Below are positions 35,619 through 46,816 of a DNA stretch of 64,000 nt, piece by piece (position 1 is the first letter of the stretch; each line of letters begins with the position of its first letter). A model generated the notes under the pieces. It did not search any database and was not told the DNA's origin. It saw only the letters and a program-made list of their open reading frames with translations. The stretch is from a virus. Location: the IMG/VR virus record IMGVR_UViG_3300009034_000011. One strand, given 5' to 3'. Position numbers and translations under genes: made by a program.

Positions 35619-36345
35619 CAGTTAGAAGATCAACACGATCCTTTTCCATGCTAGAGTACACCCAAGGTAGATCCTTCACGTCGTGATTGATCAACGTAAG
35701 ATAGAAGTTACCATACAAGACATAAAGAGCAAGCTCAGCAACCGCGTAGTAAAACCAATCCTTTCCGGTATTTCGCCAAAAATTGTTCGGATTCGTCCCT
35801 TTTAAACATCCCTCCACAATAAGCCGTGGAAGCTTCATGTACTCCCAGGGACATACCTGATGCGCATGACGTTCGACAAGAATAGTATTAGAGAACAAAA
35901 CAACATCTTCACACCCCTGATGATCCAATTCTTCTCGCAACTCGGGCCAGAACTTGCAATAAACTGCAGGAGCTCCACCCATAAGATGAAAAACATTTAG
36001 GGGCACTTTAAAGTCTACAGCTGCCTGATCCCTGAAGGCTTTAAATAGTGCAACTAGTGTCACCGCAGAAACATCTATGTCAGGTTCTAGATTGTCCACA
36101 TAGCAATATGGACAATCAAGAGGACAACCAGCTACCTGGACAACGAAATGGTTATTATAAGCCGCCCAAGTTCCACCAAACATCTTAGCCATACGGTAGG
36201 GCGACTTATCACCAATGTCCCGACGAGTATCTGTGTACACAGTACAGACGCGAGCATAATCATCATAACAAACGATTCCCTTACCCCGGTCGGCTTCAAT
36301 ATCCTCCCGCTGTAACTTACCTATCTTCGAAATCGGAATCTTCAC
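35560..36345 (-). CDS. radical SAM protein (function unknown; adjacent to the que genes)
   Basis: CPLDCPYC CxxxCxxC cluster and downstream GGAP (SAM glycine-rich) motif. Confidence 0.55.
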   Translation of the reverse strand: MKIPISKIGKLQREDIEADRGKGIVCYDDYARVCTVYTDTRRDIGDKSPYRMAKMFGGTWAAYNNHFVVQVAGCPLDCPYCYVDNLEPDIDVSAVTLVALFKAFRDQAAVDFKVPLNVFHLMGGAPAVYCKFWPELREELDHQGCEDVVLFSNTILVERHAHQVCPWEYMKLPRLIVEGCLKGTNPNNFWRNTGKDWFYYAVAELALYVLYGNFYLTLINHDVKDLPWVYSSMEKDRVDLLTVVEYKATKAKRAQYAKRRA

Positions 36346-36954
36346 TTTGTCACTGCCTTCCCATGCGCAATGGCTAACCGCTCGACAACTGTTGCAAAAG
36401 TATCGATATGAATTTTATGTTCGCCCACAACTATAAAGCCGGTATGAGTTAGGCGTATTACTTCAGTCGTCCCTTCAACATCATAGAACCCCTTCTCCAA
36501 AATAATATCGCCACTTTCCAGCTCTATAACAATAGTACAGTATGGATCACCCTTTTGAGGAATTGGAGGTACATAGTAACCTGCCTTCCGCGCTTGATCC
36601 TCAGTCAAAATAAGACTGTTCTCAGGCTCCGAACCTTCACTGCAGATTACTATGACCACAAGAACGGCCAAAAGGCTGATAGTAGAACCGGCTACGCTAA
36701 TTACTAGTGCACACCTACTGCGTATAAAATTACTCATTGCACTCCCTCCAGCACTCTCTTAATCTCGTCGATCTCAGGTGCATCCATCGATACCTCTCCG
36801 CCGACAATATGTAAACGAATAGTCTCCGGTAAAGTGGTAAGGTCTGCCTCAGGGGCAACTACAAACCGACCTCCGATGATAGAAACACTACCAGCCCTAA
36901 TCGCCTCTACCACTTGTTCTACTAATTTTACGTCTATCAACTTATAATCTAACA

Positions 36955-37746
36955 CTATATACCTCTCCGTTTTGGACCCCATATACATTTGTGTTGTTGC
37001 AGCATAAGACGTGCTGCAGATCTATCCCGAATCATCCAGTTAGATAAATCCTGAGAGAATTTCCGATCCTCCAACCATACAGGCGAAATGAAAACATTCG
37101 AAGTAAGTAGTAAGTTATATTTAGTTATAATCTCCCGAGCATAAAGATAATCGTCCTCGTTAGCCACAACAAATTTAACCTCATCCGTCGGTCCGAGGTA
37201 AGCCATATTATCCCAATTCATCTTCTCATGCATACCGGACGAGGGTGTTTTGACATCCATTACTATATGAGCTAGCAACTTAAACGGTCGGATATCAATG
37301 GACCCATTAGTCTCAACATAAGTAATAATCTCATTTTCTAACATTGCACGTAAGAAGCTGCTTGCACTTTCCTCGTTAAGAAGCGGCTCTCCACCTGTAA
37401 ATAGAACAGTACCAATACCATACTTAAGAACTGCCCCTAGAACGTTTTTAACGGAAACTTCCTCACCTCCCTCATACGCATAAGTCGTATCACAGAAACT
37501 ACACCTGAGATTGCAACTGGTTGTGCGCACAATAGTACACACCTGCCCTGTAGACGATCCCTCACCTGATATCGCAGGATAGATCTCACTGATACACATC
37601 ATGACGTTGGGATCATATGGCTTGTAATCTTCATATGGACACTTTTCCGAATCTGCCTCATACGTGCAGACAGTTAAAGCACTTAATAGACAATCTAGCC
37701 TTCCCTCAGGAGTAGTTATCGCCCATCTACAGTCACCCTTAGCCAA
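36955..37746 (-). CDS. queE: 7-carboxy-7-deazaguanine synthase QueE (radical SAM)
   Basis: TSCNLRCSFCDT cluster, FTGGEPLL motif, and size typical of QueE. Adjacent to queD. Confidence 0.7.
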   Translation of the reverse strand: MAKGDCRWAITTPEGRLDCLLSALTVCTYEADSEKCPYEDYKPYDPNVMMCISEIYPAISGEGSSTGQVCTIVRTTSCNLRCSFCDTTYAYEGGEEVSVKNVLGAVLKYGIGTVLFTGGEPLLNEESASSFLRAMLENEIITYVETNGSIDIRPFKLLAHIVMDVKTPSSGMHEKMNWDNMAYLGPTDEVKFVVANEDDYLYAREIITKYNLLLTSNVFISPVWLEDRKFSQDLSNWMIRDRSAARLMLQQHKCIWGPKRRGI

Positions 37747-37748
37747 GT

Positions 37749-38183
37749 CTAATCTCCTTTATCCGATCGATAAGTGGCTGACGAAGTTTCCGTTTCCCAG
37801 ATGGTAACAGATACCACATCTATCTTGGTCCTGTGATCTAGAAAACTGCATACAAGCTTATACAGATGCTTTGCCATACGCTCTGCTGTAGGATCCCCCT
37901 TCATACCGAAAACCTTACACTCCTGTTCCTGTACGAGATCCAGCAGCGGATCCGATTCGTTCAGAATAAGTGTATGATCCCAGTGCTCATCAATCCAATC
38001 TCCAAAGATTCTTTTAAGGACACCGAAGTCCATTACAAAACCAGGACTCCGCCTCTCTAGCTCCGTACTACGTATACGGGCCACGGCAACATAGGAGTGG
38101 CCATGTATGTTACGGCACTTACCTTTATAACGTAGTAACCTATGAGCAGCATCAAACCTTACTTCAACTGCAACTTCGTACAT
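37749..38183 (-). CDS. queD: 6-carboxy-5,6,7,8-tetrahydropterin synthase QueD
   Basis: CRNIHGHSY zinc/catalytic motif and HWDHTLIL. About 144 aa, the PTPS fold size. Confidence 0.7.
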   Translation of the reverse strand: MYEVAVEVRFDAAHRLLRYKGKCRNIHGHSYVAVARIRSTELERRSPGFVMDFGVLKRIFGDWIDEHWDHTLILNESDPLLDLVQEQECKVFGMKGDPTAERMAKHLYKLVCSFLDHRTKIDVVSVTIWETETSSATYRSDKGD

Positions 38184-38267
38184 CAGTCACCCCCAAATTC
38201 TACTGGTTCAACTTACTTCCTATTATTTTATGAGAAAAGGTATATATTTTCCCATTAAAAATAAAGG

Positions 38268-39287
38268 CTACCCCGAACCCACCGACACATTTGTAAACTT
38301 ATATCCCTCAGCCTTATATACCTTAAACAGCTCGTTACATTGCTCAGGTGAAGAATATACACCAACAACAGCTCCACCCGAACCTGGAAACTTAGCAGGT
38401 ACACCAATAGCACGGGCAATTTGAATCATTCGAAGGTTCCGTTCACCGATAAGACCGTCACCATAAATTTGTCTTCGAAGATCAAAGTTCTTATTCATTA
38501 GTACTGCAAAGCGTTGAAGGTCTTCTTCTTCTAATGCCTGTTTAGCTTGGGATGCATACGTCATAAAGTTGCACATAGCCTCTACTATTACGCTGTCCCC
38601 CTGATCAAACCTATATCGTATTGGATTGTGCATCCTTCCTGAAGTCTTCCCAGGTCTCTCCATATACGCTATGAAAAGCTTTGGAAGAAGACTGGAATCC
38701 ATTCGTACATATATACCATGTCCCAGATCTCCCATGACCTGTTTGTCAAAGTTCATAAAAACCGTGCCGCCGTATGTCTGCACCACTCTATCTTGGAGCC
38801 CTGCAGTTATCTCTAATTCTTTTGCCTCTACACTCAATACTAAGTTCGGCTGTATCTCTAGAGGTATGTCTGCATCCGTTAAACCGTAAAATTCCATCAA
38901 CGCTTTAAGTAGCGCAACTATTATGGCACTAGAACCACCGAGGCCGACTTGACGTGGGATATTCGTATCATACCTTATAGTATAGTTCCTCTCATCAAGT
39001 TCGATGCCCTTCTCCCTACAGTATCCACTAAACCGCGTACATGTAGCAGTTATGAGGCGTAGTCCTCCGTAGTAACCATAACGGGACGACATATTAACTA
39101 AATCTTCAAGGCAGCTAAACTCTGTTGGATCGTGCGTCTGATGCGGAATAATACATAACCGCCAACTGTCTGTGAGGAAGACTTCCGCCCAGAAGTTACC
39201 TATACATGTAGAAAGAGTCTTACCATAAAAACAATCAGAAGGGTTACCCATGAGGCCTACCCTTGCAAACGCTTTCTTTACTATCAT
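38268..39287 (-). CDS. GHMP-family sugar kinase
   Basis: N-terminal ARVGLMGNPSD and the ATP-binding PRQVGLGGSSAIIVA (PxGSGLGSSAA) motif. Confidence 0.55.
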   Translation of the reverse strand: MIVKKAFARVGLMGNPSDCFYGKTLSTCIGNFWAEVFLTDSWRLCIIPHQTHDPTEFSCLEDLVNMSSRYGYYGGLRLITATCTRFSGYCREKGIELDERNYTIRYDTNIPRQVGLGGSSAIIVALLKALMEFYGLTDADIPLEIQPNLVLSVEAKELEITAGLQDRVVQTYGGTVFMNFDKQVMGDLGHGIYVRMDSSLLPKLFIAYMERPGKTSGRMHNPIRYRFDQGDSVIVEAMCNFMTYASQAKQALEEEDLQRFAVLMNKNFDLRRQIYGDGLIGERNLRMIQIARAIGVPAKFPGSGGAVVGVYSSPEQCNELFKVYKAEGYKFTNVSVGSG

Positions 39288-39565
39288 ACTTTACCTTCCA
39301 GACTCTATGGCTTCCAACATCCTACCGACTACACCGCCAATATCCTTAAATATCATAGCATCCCTATAACCATAACCAACATAACGAAGAGTTTGGAGAA
39401 CAGCAAATCTAAGTCCATGGGATATCCAATCGGTTCTAAACTGGTTGGAAACTCCTACGCCCTGACCTGATACAGCATGTCTCTCACAAACGCTTCTTAT
39501 GCTGCCAATCCAGTTTGTGCCATGTGCCTGATCATAACCTCTTATATCACCATATGTAGGAACTC

Positions 39566-40579
39566 TCATGCACCATTCGCCTTATCGATAAGTTGCTTCA
39601 AAACGTTAGGATTTTCCCTAAGAAAGTCTAGCCACCCCTTTCTAGTCTTTGACTTCTCACTAACCTCCGGCCATAGAAAGTGCGCAGTTCCTTTCTTAGT
39701 AAATGTATCGGTATTAGCCTGAACATAATCAAAATACTCAGCCTCGACATCGTAACCCCTATCGAAATAGAAGTCGATCTCACACTTTTTAAACGGCAGC
39801 GCAACTTTATTCTTGGGAATATTTATACCCATTCTGACACCAACAATATCAGAACCATCCTTTATCTTCGCGCGCTGTTTGACTTCTATACGAATGGAAG
39901 AGTAGAACTTTAAAGCCCTACCCCCCGGGGTCGTCTCTGGATTACCAAACATAACACCAACCCGCATTCGTATCTGGTTAATAAAAATAGCAGCTGTCCT
40001 AGTCTGCCGAATTTTCTCTGAAAGTTTACGTAATGCCTGACCCATCCATCTAGCTTGTAAACCTACATGGTGGTCACCAAAAGCCCCCTCTAGCTCTTCC
40101 CTAGGACATAGTCCAGCTATGGAATCTATCACCACCAAGCCAACACCTTGATCGATACATTTATCTATGGTATCGAAAACGTCCTGGGTACAGGACTGCT
40201 GAGAAACCAATAGTAGTCTCATATCAACATTTAGATTTTCAGCCCACTCAGCCAAGAGTGCATTCTCGGCGTCCATAAACAAACATAGGATACCTTGCTT
40301 TTGAGCCTCTGCAATCGCACTTAAGGCTATAGAACTCTTCCCAGAGCCTTCGTTACCATAAAGCTCCACTATTCTACCTTTTGGAAACCCCTGCACACCT
40401 AAGGCCTCGTTAAGAAGAAAAGAACCAGTAGGTATTACTTCAACAGGTTCAAAGACTCCCTCCTCACCGTACAACATAATGGAGCCTCTATCTTTCCTAC
40501 CCGCCCTCACTGCCTCCGCGATCTCGTGTAGCTGTTGTATCTGCTCCTCCACTTTTAACATTTCCAAACCCCCTAGCAA
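39566..40579 (-). CDS. RecA/UvsX-family recombinase
   Basis: ELYGNEGSGKSS Walker A, LVVIDSIAGL Walker B region, RecA core length. Confidence 0.6.
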   Translation of the reverse strand: MLGGLEMLKVEEQIQQLHEIAEAVRAGRKDRGSIMLYGEEGVFEPVEVIPTGSFLLNEALGVQGFPKGRIVELYGNEGSGKSSIALSAIAEAQKQGILCLFMDAENALLAEWAENLNVDMRLLLVSQQSCTQDVFDTIDKCIDQGVGLVVIDSIAGLCPREELEGAFGDHHVGLQARWMGQALRKLSEKIRQTRTAAIFINQIRMRVGVMFGNPETTPGGRALKFYSSIRIEVKQRAKIKDGSDIVGVRMGINIPKNKVALPFKKCEIDFYFDRGYDVEAEYFDYVQANTDTFTKKGTAHFLWPEVSEKSKTRKGWLDFLRENPNVLKQLIDKANGA

Positions 40580-40834
40580 ATAGCATTATACCCTCCGCTT
40601 CTCTATACAAGGGCTGTAGTTCGTCAGGCAGTTGCCTTTCGAAAGTATCTGAAATAGCCGCTAATATAGCAAATCGAACCTGTTGACGTTGTAGAAATCC
40701 ATCTGCGTCCTTTCTCTGCTGCTCTTCAGAGAGGAACATATGCTGCCTATAATCCAGAAGCATATTGGTGTAACATTGCTCAAAAACTACTAGGATTTGC
40801 TCCTTAGTAAGCTTGGGCTGATATATATCGCACA

Positions 40835-42307
40835 TTACAGAGTCTCCTTAATAACCTCCCAGTAAGGCAGATCATGTAACTTTGTACGGAACTCGGGATC
40901 GGAAGTATACGGAATGAACTTTATTAACGATTTGTTAGTGCTGCCAAACCCAACATTAGGGGGTATATAACCAAGCTTACCCCAAGCATTGCTGTAATGC
41001 ACATCAGAACCACAGTTATCACAGTAAACGGGGTAACCATCGTCTGATATTTGTGGGTAGTAACAGGAGCATACAAGCTCGAAAGGAACACCTATCTTTA
41101 TTCCTACTTCCAACATTTCAGACTTCATTAAATTAACGAAGGGAGACACTACTTCCAGGCGCGTCTGCCAATTTGATGAATACGGAGTTACTTCTCCTAA
41201 CTTCTTCAGAAACGGCACACCATTATCAGGATAGCTCCCCCCGTCACTAAGGTTCATACCTAATGCAACGCTGCCATATCCCATCTGTTCCGCCATTGCG
41301 AGAGCAAAGGCAGTCATAATCAAGTTACGCTGAGGTACATAAGAAAATGTAGATTCTGCATCTTTTAATGGATCAAGCTCAGGCTTCTCCTCCTCTAACA
41401 GAGGGGAACTAAACTGCTCCATCGGCAAAGTTATTTCATACCACGGTATGCCAAGAGTTACACATATCTTCTGGCTACAGTGTCTCTCAACTGCCTGTGC
41501 CTGCTGCCCGTAGTTGAAAAACAACGCCCCTACCCTATACCCGAGAACTTGATATAATCTAAGAGTAGTAGTAGAATCAAGTCCAGATGAACATGCAACT
41601 AATACACTCTTATCCTGAACCTCTCTATATATGTCGTCCCACGTCTCCTTCATTCCTGAATCTAAGCGCAAAAGTTTATACGGTGGGAACTCCAGAGGAG
41701 TTAGTTCAGTAGGTAAAGATGAATAATAGAGAACGTCTTCGTACACCCCATAATACAGCGGTTGAAAGTTTTTCGCGAGATAAAATTGACTCCCTATCCT
41801 ATAGTAGGCTGCGATAGCAAACGAACCTTCCAAGAGCTTCTTGGTAGCAAAATATACGCCTCTGTCTGCGAAAAGATAGGGTAGAACAATTGAGTCGACT
41901 GAAGACTCACTTTGCCAGTCAACCTCCGGTAATCCAGTACGCAACTCTCGATCGTTTGCTATTGTTCCGTTATGGGATACAAGCCAGTGTCGTTTGTTAA
42001 AAGGTTGCAAGTCCTTCAGAGAAACACCATCTGCGCGCCCTGTCATCTCGGGCTCTGGTGCAGCTCTCGTCTGTAGCATCAAACAACGACCACCTGTCGG
42101 TAAATTACAAAGGAACTGTACCAGTTGTGTTTTCCCCTTGTCCCCTTTAGAGAGAAGCATATGCTGGGAACGATCTACCCTGGAAGCATTGTAATATACT
42201 CCTACGGCGTCTCGACCCCTCAAAAGAAGTTGCTTTTTGGCTATATCCAACAACCCGCCAAAGCTAGCAGGCCGTATGGGAGAGAACATCCCCATAATAT
42301 AACACAT
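40835..42307 (-). CDS. queC: glutamine amidotransferase-QueC fusion (Gat-QueC; 7-cyano-7-deazaguanine / archaeosine-type synthase)
   Basis: N-terminal Cys at position 2 (Ntn class II GATase) and central LVACSSGLDSTTT PP-loop (SGGxDS) typical of QueC. Confidence 0.6.
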   Translation of the reverse strand: MCYIMGMFSPIRPASFGGLLDIAKKQLLLRGRDAVGVYYNASRVDRSQHMLLSKGDKGKTQLVQFLCNLPTGGRCLMLQTRAAPEPEMTGRADGVSLKDLQPFNKRHWLVSHNGTIANDRELRTGLPEVDWQSESSVDSIVLPYLFADRGVYFATKKLLEGSFAIAAYYRIGSQFYLAKNFQPLYYGVYEDVLYYSSLPTELTPLEFPPYKLLRLDSGMKETWDDIYREVQDKSVLVACSSGLDSTTTLRLYQVLGYRVGALFFNYGQQAQAVERHCSQKICVTLGIPWYEITLPMEQFSSPLLEEEKPELDPLKDAESTFSYVPQRNLIMTAFALAMAEQMGYGSVALGMNLSDGGSYPDNGVPFLKKLGEVTPYSSNWQTRLEVVSPFVNLMKSEMLEVGIKIGVPFELVCSCYYPQISDDGYPVYCDNCGSDVHYSNAWGKLGYIPPNVGFGSTNKSLIKFIPYTSDPEFRTKLHDLPYWEVIKETL

Positions 42308-43065
42308 AAAACGCCCCCCTACTCAGCAAGTCCATCGAATATTTCTTTAAATACAATAACAGGCCCCTGTTGCGCCTTCACTTCTGCAAGCTGCTCTTCA
42401 GTAAACACTTTACCTGATATATAAGCTCGCCACACTGGCTCTTCATCTAATGCATCCTCGACTACATGAAACTGCCAACCATATCTCGCCCTAGCTATGT
42501 TGACAGCACGTGACAAAAGCTCCAAATCAGTACTAGTCACATCAGTATTATAAAATGTACAGCACGGAGTTTCAAGAGTTGCACGAATATCCTTACCCAT
42601 CCAAACCTCACTCACCTGAAACGTAAATATGCAACATAACTTTAGATCCGCGTACCAAGCTTGAGATGTCTCTGGCTATGGGCCGTAGGACCGCATCTGC
42701 GACACTTGCCAACACATTCTCAGGCAGCTCCGAGGAACTCTGACAGATAGCAGCAACTGTCTCGAGTACTAGCCGATAGTCAGTACCCCGGCGTAGTAAC
42801 TCTATTTTCTTTTCTAACAATGCATCCGCTGGTGTTCCCAATTACATTTCCTCCCGTGCCAACTTTACAACTGATGGTTCCTCAGGTTCGGTACTAAACT
42901 GCATCATTTGCTTCATAAGTACTAAAACATGTGGTACCTGCATACGTATTTCTGGAAATTGTTTCTTAAGGTCTTCCCCATAAGCTTTCTTCATCAGGAA
43001 CTCAAGTTCATTCACCGTGTGTAACCACTCATCAAAATCTAGAGAAAGACCTATTTCCGCTTTCA

Positions 43066-44139
43066 TCATTCCCACACACACAATCCATAATCGTCAAAAC
43101 AGAAGTTCAGAAGCTGTCCACCGTGGTCCTTTAGGGCACGACGGAGAATATACTCTTGACCCCTTTGTGCAAGGAACAGAAGACAGCCACCGCCGCCAGC
43201 GCCACATGCCTTTCCAGCTTGCATACCATTTTCAAGAGCCACCCCAAAGAAATTCTCAACTACCTCGTTTGTGATACTAGGATGTAATTCCTTCTGCCAT
43301 ATCCAGCTCTGATTCATAGCCTTGGCCAACGCATCTATATCATGACCGTAAAACGCCCCCTGGGCTATCAAAGCTGTATTTACAAGCTTCTCAAGTGGTA
43401 AGTGATTCTTACCAGCATCAAATTCTTCATTAACATGTCTGTGAATATCAGATGAGAGACGCGATTGCCCAGTATAACACAAAACTAATCTCTTCTCGAG
43501 CTCAAACCTCATCGACTGGTCGAGAGGAAAAACAGGATTATGAAACACATCATCACCGTGGCATTCCCAACCAGATATACCACCGAAAGCTGCTGCATAC
43601 TGATCCTGCGTACCACTTAACAAGCCTAACTCCTCAGTTTCCAATCTGAAAGCGGTATCAGCTACCTCCCTCTGTGTTGGAAACTTTCCGGCGTATTTCA
43701 TAAGAGCACCGATAAGCGCTACACCTAAAGATGCAGAAGTCCCCAAACCACTACCAGGTGGAGCCTCCGACCTGGTAACTATCTCGATTCCGCCGAAGTC
43801 CTCAAACAATCTCTTGCAGGCCGCTTTCGCAAGGTCCATAGTCCCGTCATACTCTATATCTCCTATAGATTGTGTATGGGCCCATACATCGAGATCCGCA
43901 CTATACATGTAAATGGACCCTTTCTCTACTCTCTCTCGCACAGGATATCCATATCGGCTCGATCTAGCTGTCTTCTCGGGAAGTAGTCTAACAGTAACAT
44001 AGGTGTGCAGAGTAACTGCTGCGTTAACAACGAGCCCTGGGTTCCTCTTCGCAAATTTAGGTACATCTGTCCATGATCCCGCAAAATCTATTCTAACAGG
44101 CGCTCGTGCAATAACATCAGGCCTGCCCATCCTTTTCAC
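43066..44139 (-). CDS. GHMP-family kinase (HddA/fucokinase-like)
   Basis: RAPVRIDFAGSWTDV N-terminus and PPGSGLGTSASLGVA ATP motif. Confidence 0.55.
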   Translation of the reverse strand: MKRMGRPDVIARAPVRIDFAGSWTDVPKFAKRNPGLVVNAAVTLHTYVTVRLLPEKTARSSRYGYPVRERVEKGSIYMYSADLDVWAHTQSIGDIEYDGTMDLAKAACKRLFEDFGGIEIVTRSEAPPGSGLGTSASLGVALIGALMKYAGKFPTQREVADTAFRLETEELGLLSGTQDQYAAAFGGISGWECHGDDVFHNPVFPLDQSMRFELEKRLVLCYTGQSRLSSDIHRHVNEEFDAGKNHLPLEKLVNTALIAQGAFYGHDIDALAKAMNQSWIWQKELHPSITNEVVENFFGVALENGMQAGKACGAGGGGCLLFLAQRGQEYILRRALKDHGGQLLNFCFDDYGLCVWE

Positions 44140-44710
44140 CTACCTTGATAACCTCCCCGAAGAACTCGTTGCTAACCCTAACGGGGAGTCTCCTATGGAA
44201 GATCTCGATGTTCAACATAACGGCACCCTCCGATATTGTCAAAACTATACCACGTATACCTAAACTGGGGATAACAACCTCGTCTCCTATATCAAAAGTG
44301 AGCTTTGGTGGTTCCGGTACACGCGACTCTAGAACGGCAAGTCGTTGAATGTCCGCTTGTGGAACTACAGAGGGCCAACTTTGCCAGTTTTGAAGCCACC
44401 CAAAAACGTGAGGAAACTTCGGTTTCTTTAACGCTGCATATAACTTATAGCTGAGGATAGCTTCCACAAACAGGTACCCAGGTATCATCGAGGTCCGTCG
44501 CTCTTTCGCAGCACCATCCTTGGCAAAGTACTTAATGGTAACTTCAGGAACCCATAAACGCCTAACTAACTCGTAATGAGCTATAACACCTGCCGTCCCA
44601 TAAAAGTGTAAAACCAACGAAGCCTTCTTCTCGTACGAACCTTCAACGCGCAAAACGTGCCATCTATACCCTTTGCGAATAACCCTTATAGGGTGCCGTA
44701 CAAGAAGCAT
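44117..44710 (-). CDS. NusG-like transcription factor (NGN domain plus KOW)
   Basis: RRTSMIPGYLFV resembles the NusG NGN motif (RKFFPGYVLV). C-terminal DIGDEVVIPSLGIRGIVLTI KOW-like motif. Confidence 0.45.
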   Translation of the reverse strand: MLLVRHPIRVIRKGYRWHVLRVEGSYEKKASLVLHFYGTAGVIAHYELVRRLWVPEVTIKYFAKDGAAKERRTSMIPGYLFVEAILSYKLYAALKKPKFPHVFGWLQNWQSWPSVVPQADIQRLAVLESRVPEPPKLTFDIGDEVVIPSLGIRGIVLTISEGAVMLNIEIFHRRLPVRVSNEFFGEVIKVGEKDGQA

Positions 44711-45589
44711 TTACTGGGGTTTCTTCATCGACTTACGCTGCTTAGCTGATGTCAGATCTTTACAGTCCGCAGAGACAGCACACCCCCTACATGCATCGTC
44801 GTCCTCCCAACCTTCACCGTATAGTAGACAATCATCCTCGGCACCTTCCGCTGCTGCAGTCCCCGAGATTGCAGCTGGAGCTGCAGTTGGAGCCTCAGAT
44901 GCTGGACTTAGGACTGGCGGTTCTCCAAGTGTCATACCCAGTGCGTTTGCAAGTTCGACTGGATCCGGTGGGGACATCTGCGCATCGAAATCTGGAAAGG
45001 CTTCTACAATTAGCTGCTTTTCCTCTGCAGTAAGGGCTGTCTGTACTACAGACCTCGATGTACCCTCAAGCTTAGTCATAGGACGTACTTCATACTTAGT
45101 AAAGCCTCCACCTGATTGCGAGTTACGGGCGATCTCTAAGTCGAATCCTTCCTCGGGATCAGTAAAGTCCATATCCCACTCTTGCGCTACCTTCCCCATA
45201 CCCTGAAACACTGATGGGGGGCACTCAAGCAACTTTATGCAGATCTCTGCAGCATCGTTAAACGGATTGTCTCTAGAGAACGCTGCAAATATAAATCGCC
45301 TCTGTGCTCTCGCCATATCCGCATCTTTATCGTTCCCTTCCTTCCGGAGATCTTCTACATACTGACATGCAGGACATATAGAAGTATCTCCCAGGCACAC
45401 AGGTGCTTTGTTCGGGAAATTATCGACCTTTATGTGCCGTTGCAGAAAATGACGGAAACACTCTCTATAGGGCTCGTCATCCCCTTTCTGAGCCACTATT
45501 CTTACGGTATTGACACCATCTCTGAGCGTAATCCAATTAACATCACCGCCCAATGTGGCAGCCTTTTGGATAAGCTTGCCAAGATTCAT
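44711..45589 (-). CDS. putative ssDNA-binding protein (gp32-like Zn-binding OB fold)
   Basis: His ... C-x6-C-x2-C cluster (PVCLGDTSICPACQYV) positioned as in T4 gp32. 292 aa. Lies in the replication gene block. Confidence 0.35.
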   Translation of the reverse strand: MNLGKLIQKAATLGGDVNWITLRDGVNTVRIVAQKGDDEPYRECFRHFLQRHIKVDNFPNKAPVCLGDTSICPACQYVEDLRKEGNDKDADMARAQRRFIFAAFSRDNPFNDAAEICIKLLECPPSVFQGMGKVAQEWDMDFTDPEEGFDLEIARNSQSGGGFTKYEVRPMTKLEGTSRSVVQTALTAEEKQLIVEAFPDFDAQMSPPDPVELANALGMTLGEPPVLSPASEAPTAAPAAISGTAAAEGAEDDCLLYGEGWEDDDACRGCAVSADCKDLTSAKQRKSMKKPQ

Positions 45590-45618
45590 TTGTACGCCTC
45601 CTTCTAGGAAATCTCCTA

Positions 45619-46230
45619 TTAACTCCCACTACGCATCTTCCGCAGTGCACCTCGCGCCTCCTCTATCCCAGGACCATCTGGCTTCCGATAAGATGATGTA
45701 TGCTGAGGGGTACTTATACGTGGTAACCCACCACCCTTATAACTTACATCTGTAGAATTATACTCAACAATTTGCTTTTTAGCCAGTTGCATCAAGGATT
45801 GCAACTTAGCTTCTAGAGCCGTTATAACGCCCTGTATAGTTTTTAGATCCGCTTCGGCCTGCTCGAGTATATCTCGTCGTCTGTTAAATTCATCCTTATG
45901 TTGAATTCTAACCATATACTCGATAGAACTAATGTTGGGCCTACGACCAGTAGCATTCTCCAACTTAGCAAACTCCTGATCGTATATTGGTGCATACCAG
46001 TTATCGTAGTCCCTCCTAACAGCCTCCACAGCCTGGGCGAACCTAGCTGTAACTGCAGCCCAGTAAGCAATTTGTCCAGGAAGAGCCATAAACTCTGTGT
46101 TCAGATCATGCTCGTCTATCTGCAGCTCGTCCCATACATTAACATCTACAGTCTCAATGGGAGTCCTTATACTGACACGCATCTGGTCCCTCCTAGACTC
46201 CATCAACTCAAGTAAATTAACTCTTCTCAT
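45619..46230 (-). CDS. hypothetical protein
   Basis: 203-aa ORF. Confidence 0.4.
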   Translation of the reverse strand: MRRVNLLELMESRRDQMRVSIRTPIETVDVNVWDELQIDEHDLNTEFMALPGQIAYWAAVTARFAQAVEAVRRDYDNWYAPIYDQEFAKLENATGRRPNISSIEYMVRIQHKDEFNRRRDILEQAEADLKTIQGVITALEAKLQSLMQLAKKQIVEYNSTDVSYKGGGLPRISTPQHTSSYRKPDGPGIEEARGALRKMRSGS

Positions 46231-46318
46231 TATCTGTTTCCCTCTACCTTATTATATGCGAACTCCCTTCAAATATCGAGAAAATGTTACCTAAAAAGTT
46301 CCTAAAAAAGTAGTGGAA

Positions 46319-46804
46319 TTACTTCCCAGAGGAACCATGACCAGCTGTACCTCTCTTCGAGGGAGGTAAAGTGGCCACCTGCAGCCACCTTATCGGCCAC
46401 TTCCGGCGAAGACAAAACTGTGCAACCCTATCTCCCTTACTGACCTCGAACCTCGCCGGTGTCCAATTAAACATAAAAGGAGAGACCTCACCCCGGTACC
46501 CCGCATCAATAGTTCCATGGTGCAAACATAGACCTTGCTTTCCAAGACTTGATCTACATTTAAACTCGCCCTCATAGCCCTCCGGGATGTCCATATATAT
46601 CCCCGTAGGTATAAGCGTAGCTATACCCGGACGAACCCAAACATCCTCGAGGGCGTATATATCCCAGCATGCATCTGCTGGATACGGCTGAGTCGGCATT
46701 TGAGCTCCCGGATCGAGCTTAATCTGAACTTTAACCTCAGCAGGTATAACCGCTAGACCAGCTTTAGTAAGGATACGCCTAACCAATCTACCAAAAAGCC
46801 CCAT
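46319..46804 (-). CDS. dut: dUTP diphosphatase (dUTPase)
   Basis: GTIDAGYRGE (motif 3), RVAQ (motif 4) and RGTAGHGSSG (motif 5). Confidence 0.7.
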   Translation of the reverse strand: MGLFGRLVRRILTKAGLAVIPAEVKVQIKLDPGAQMPTQPYPADACWDIYALEDVWVRPGIATLIPTGIYMDIPEGYEGEFKCRSSLGKQGLCLHHGTIDAGYRGEVSPFMFNWTPARFEVSKGDRVAQFCLRRKWPIRWLQVATLPPSKRGTAGHGSSGK

Positions 46805-46816
46805 TTCACGCCTCCA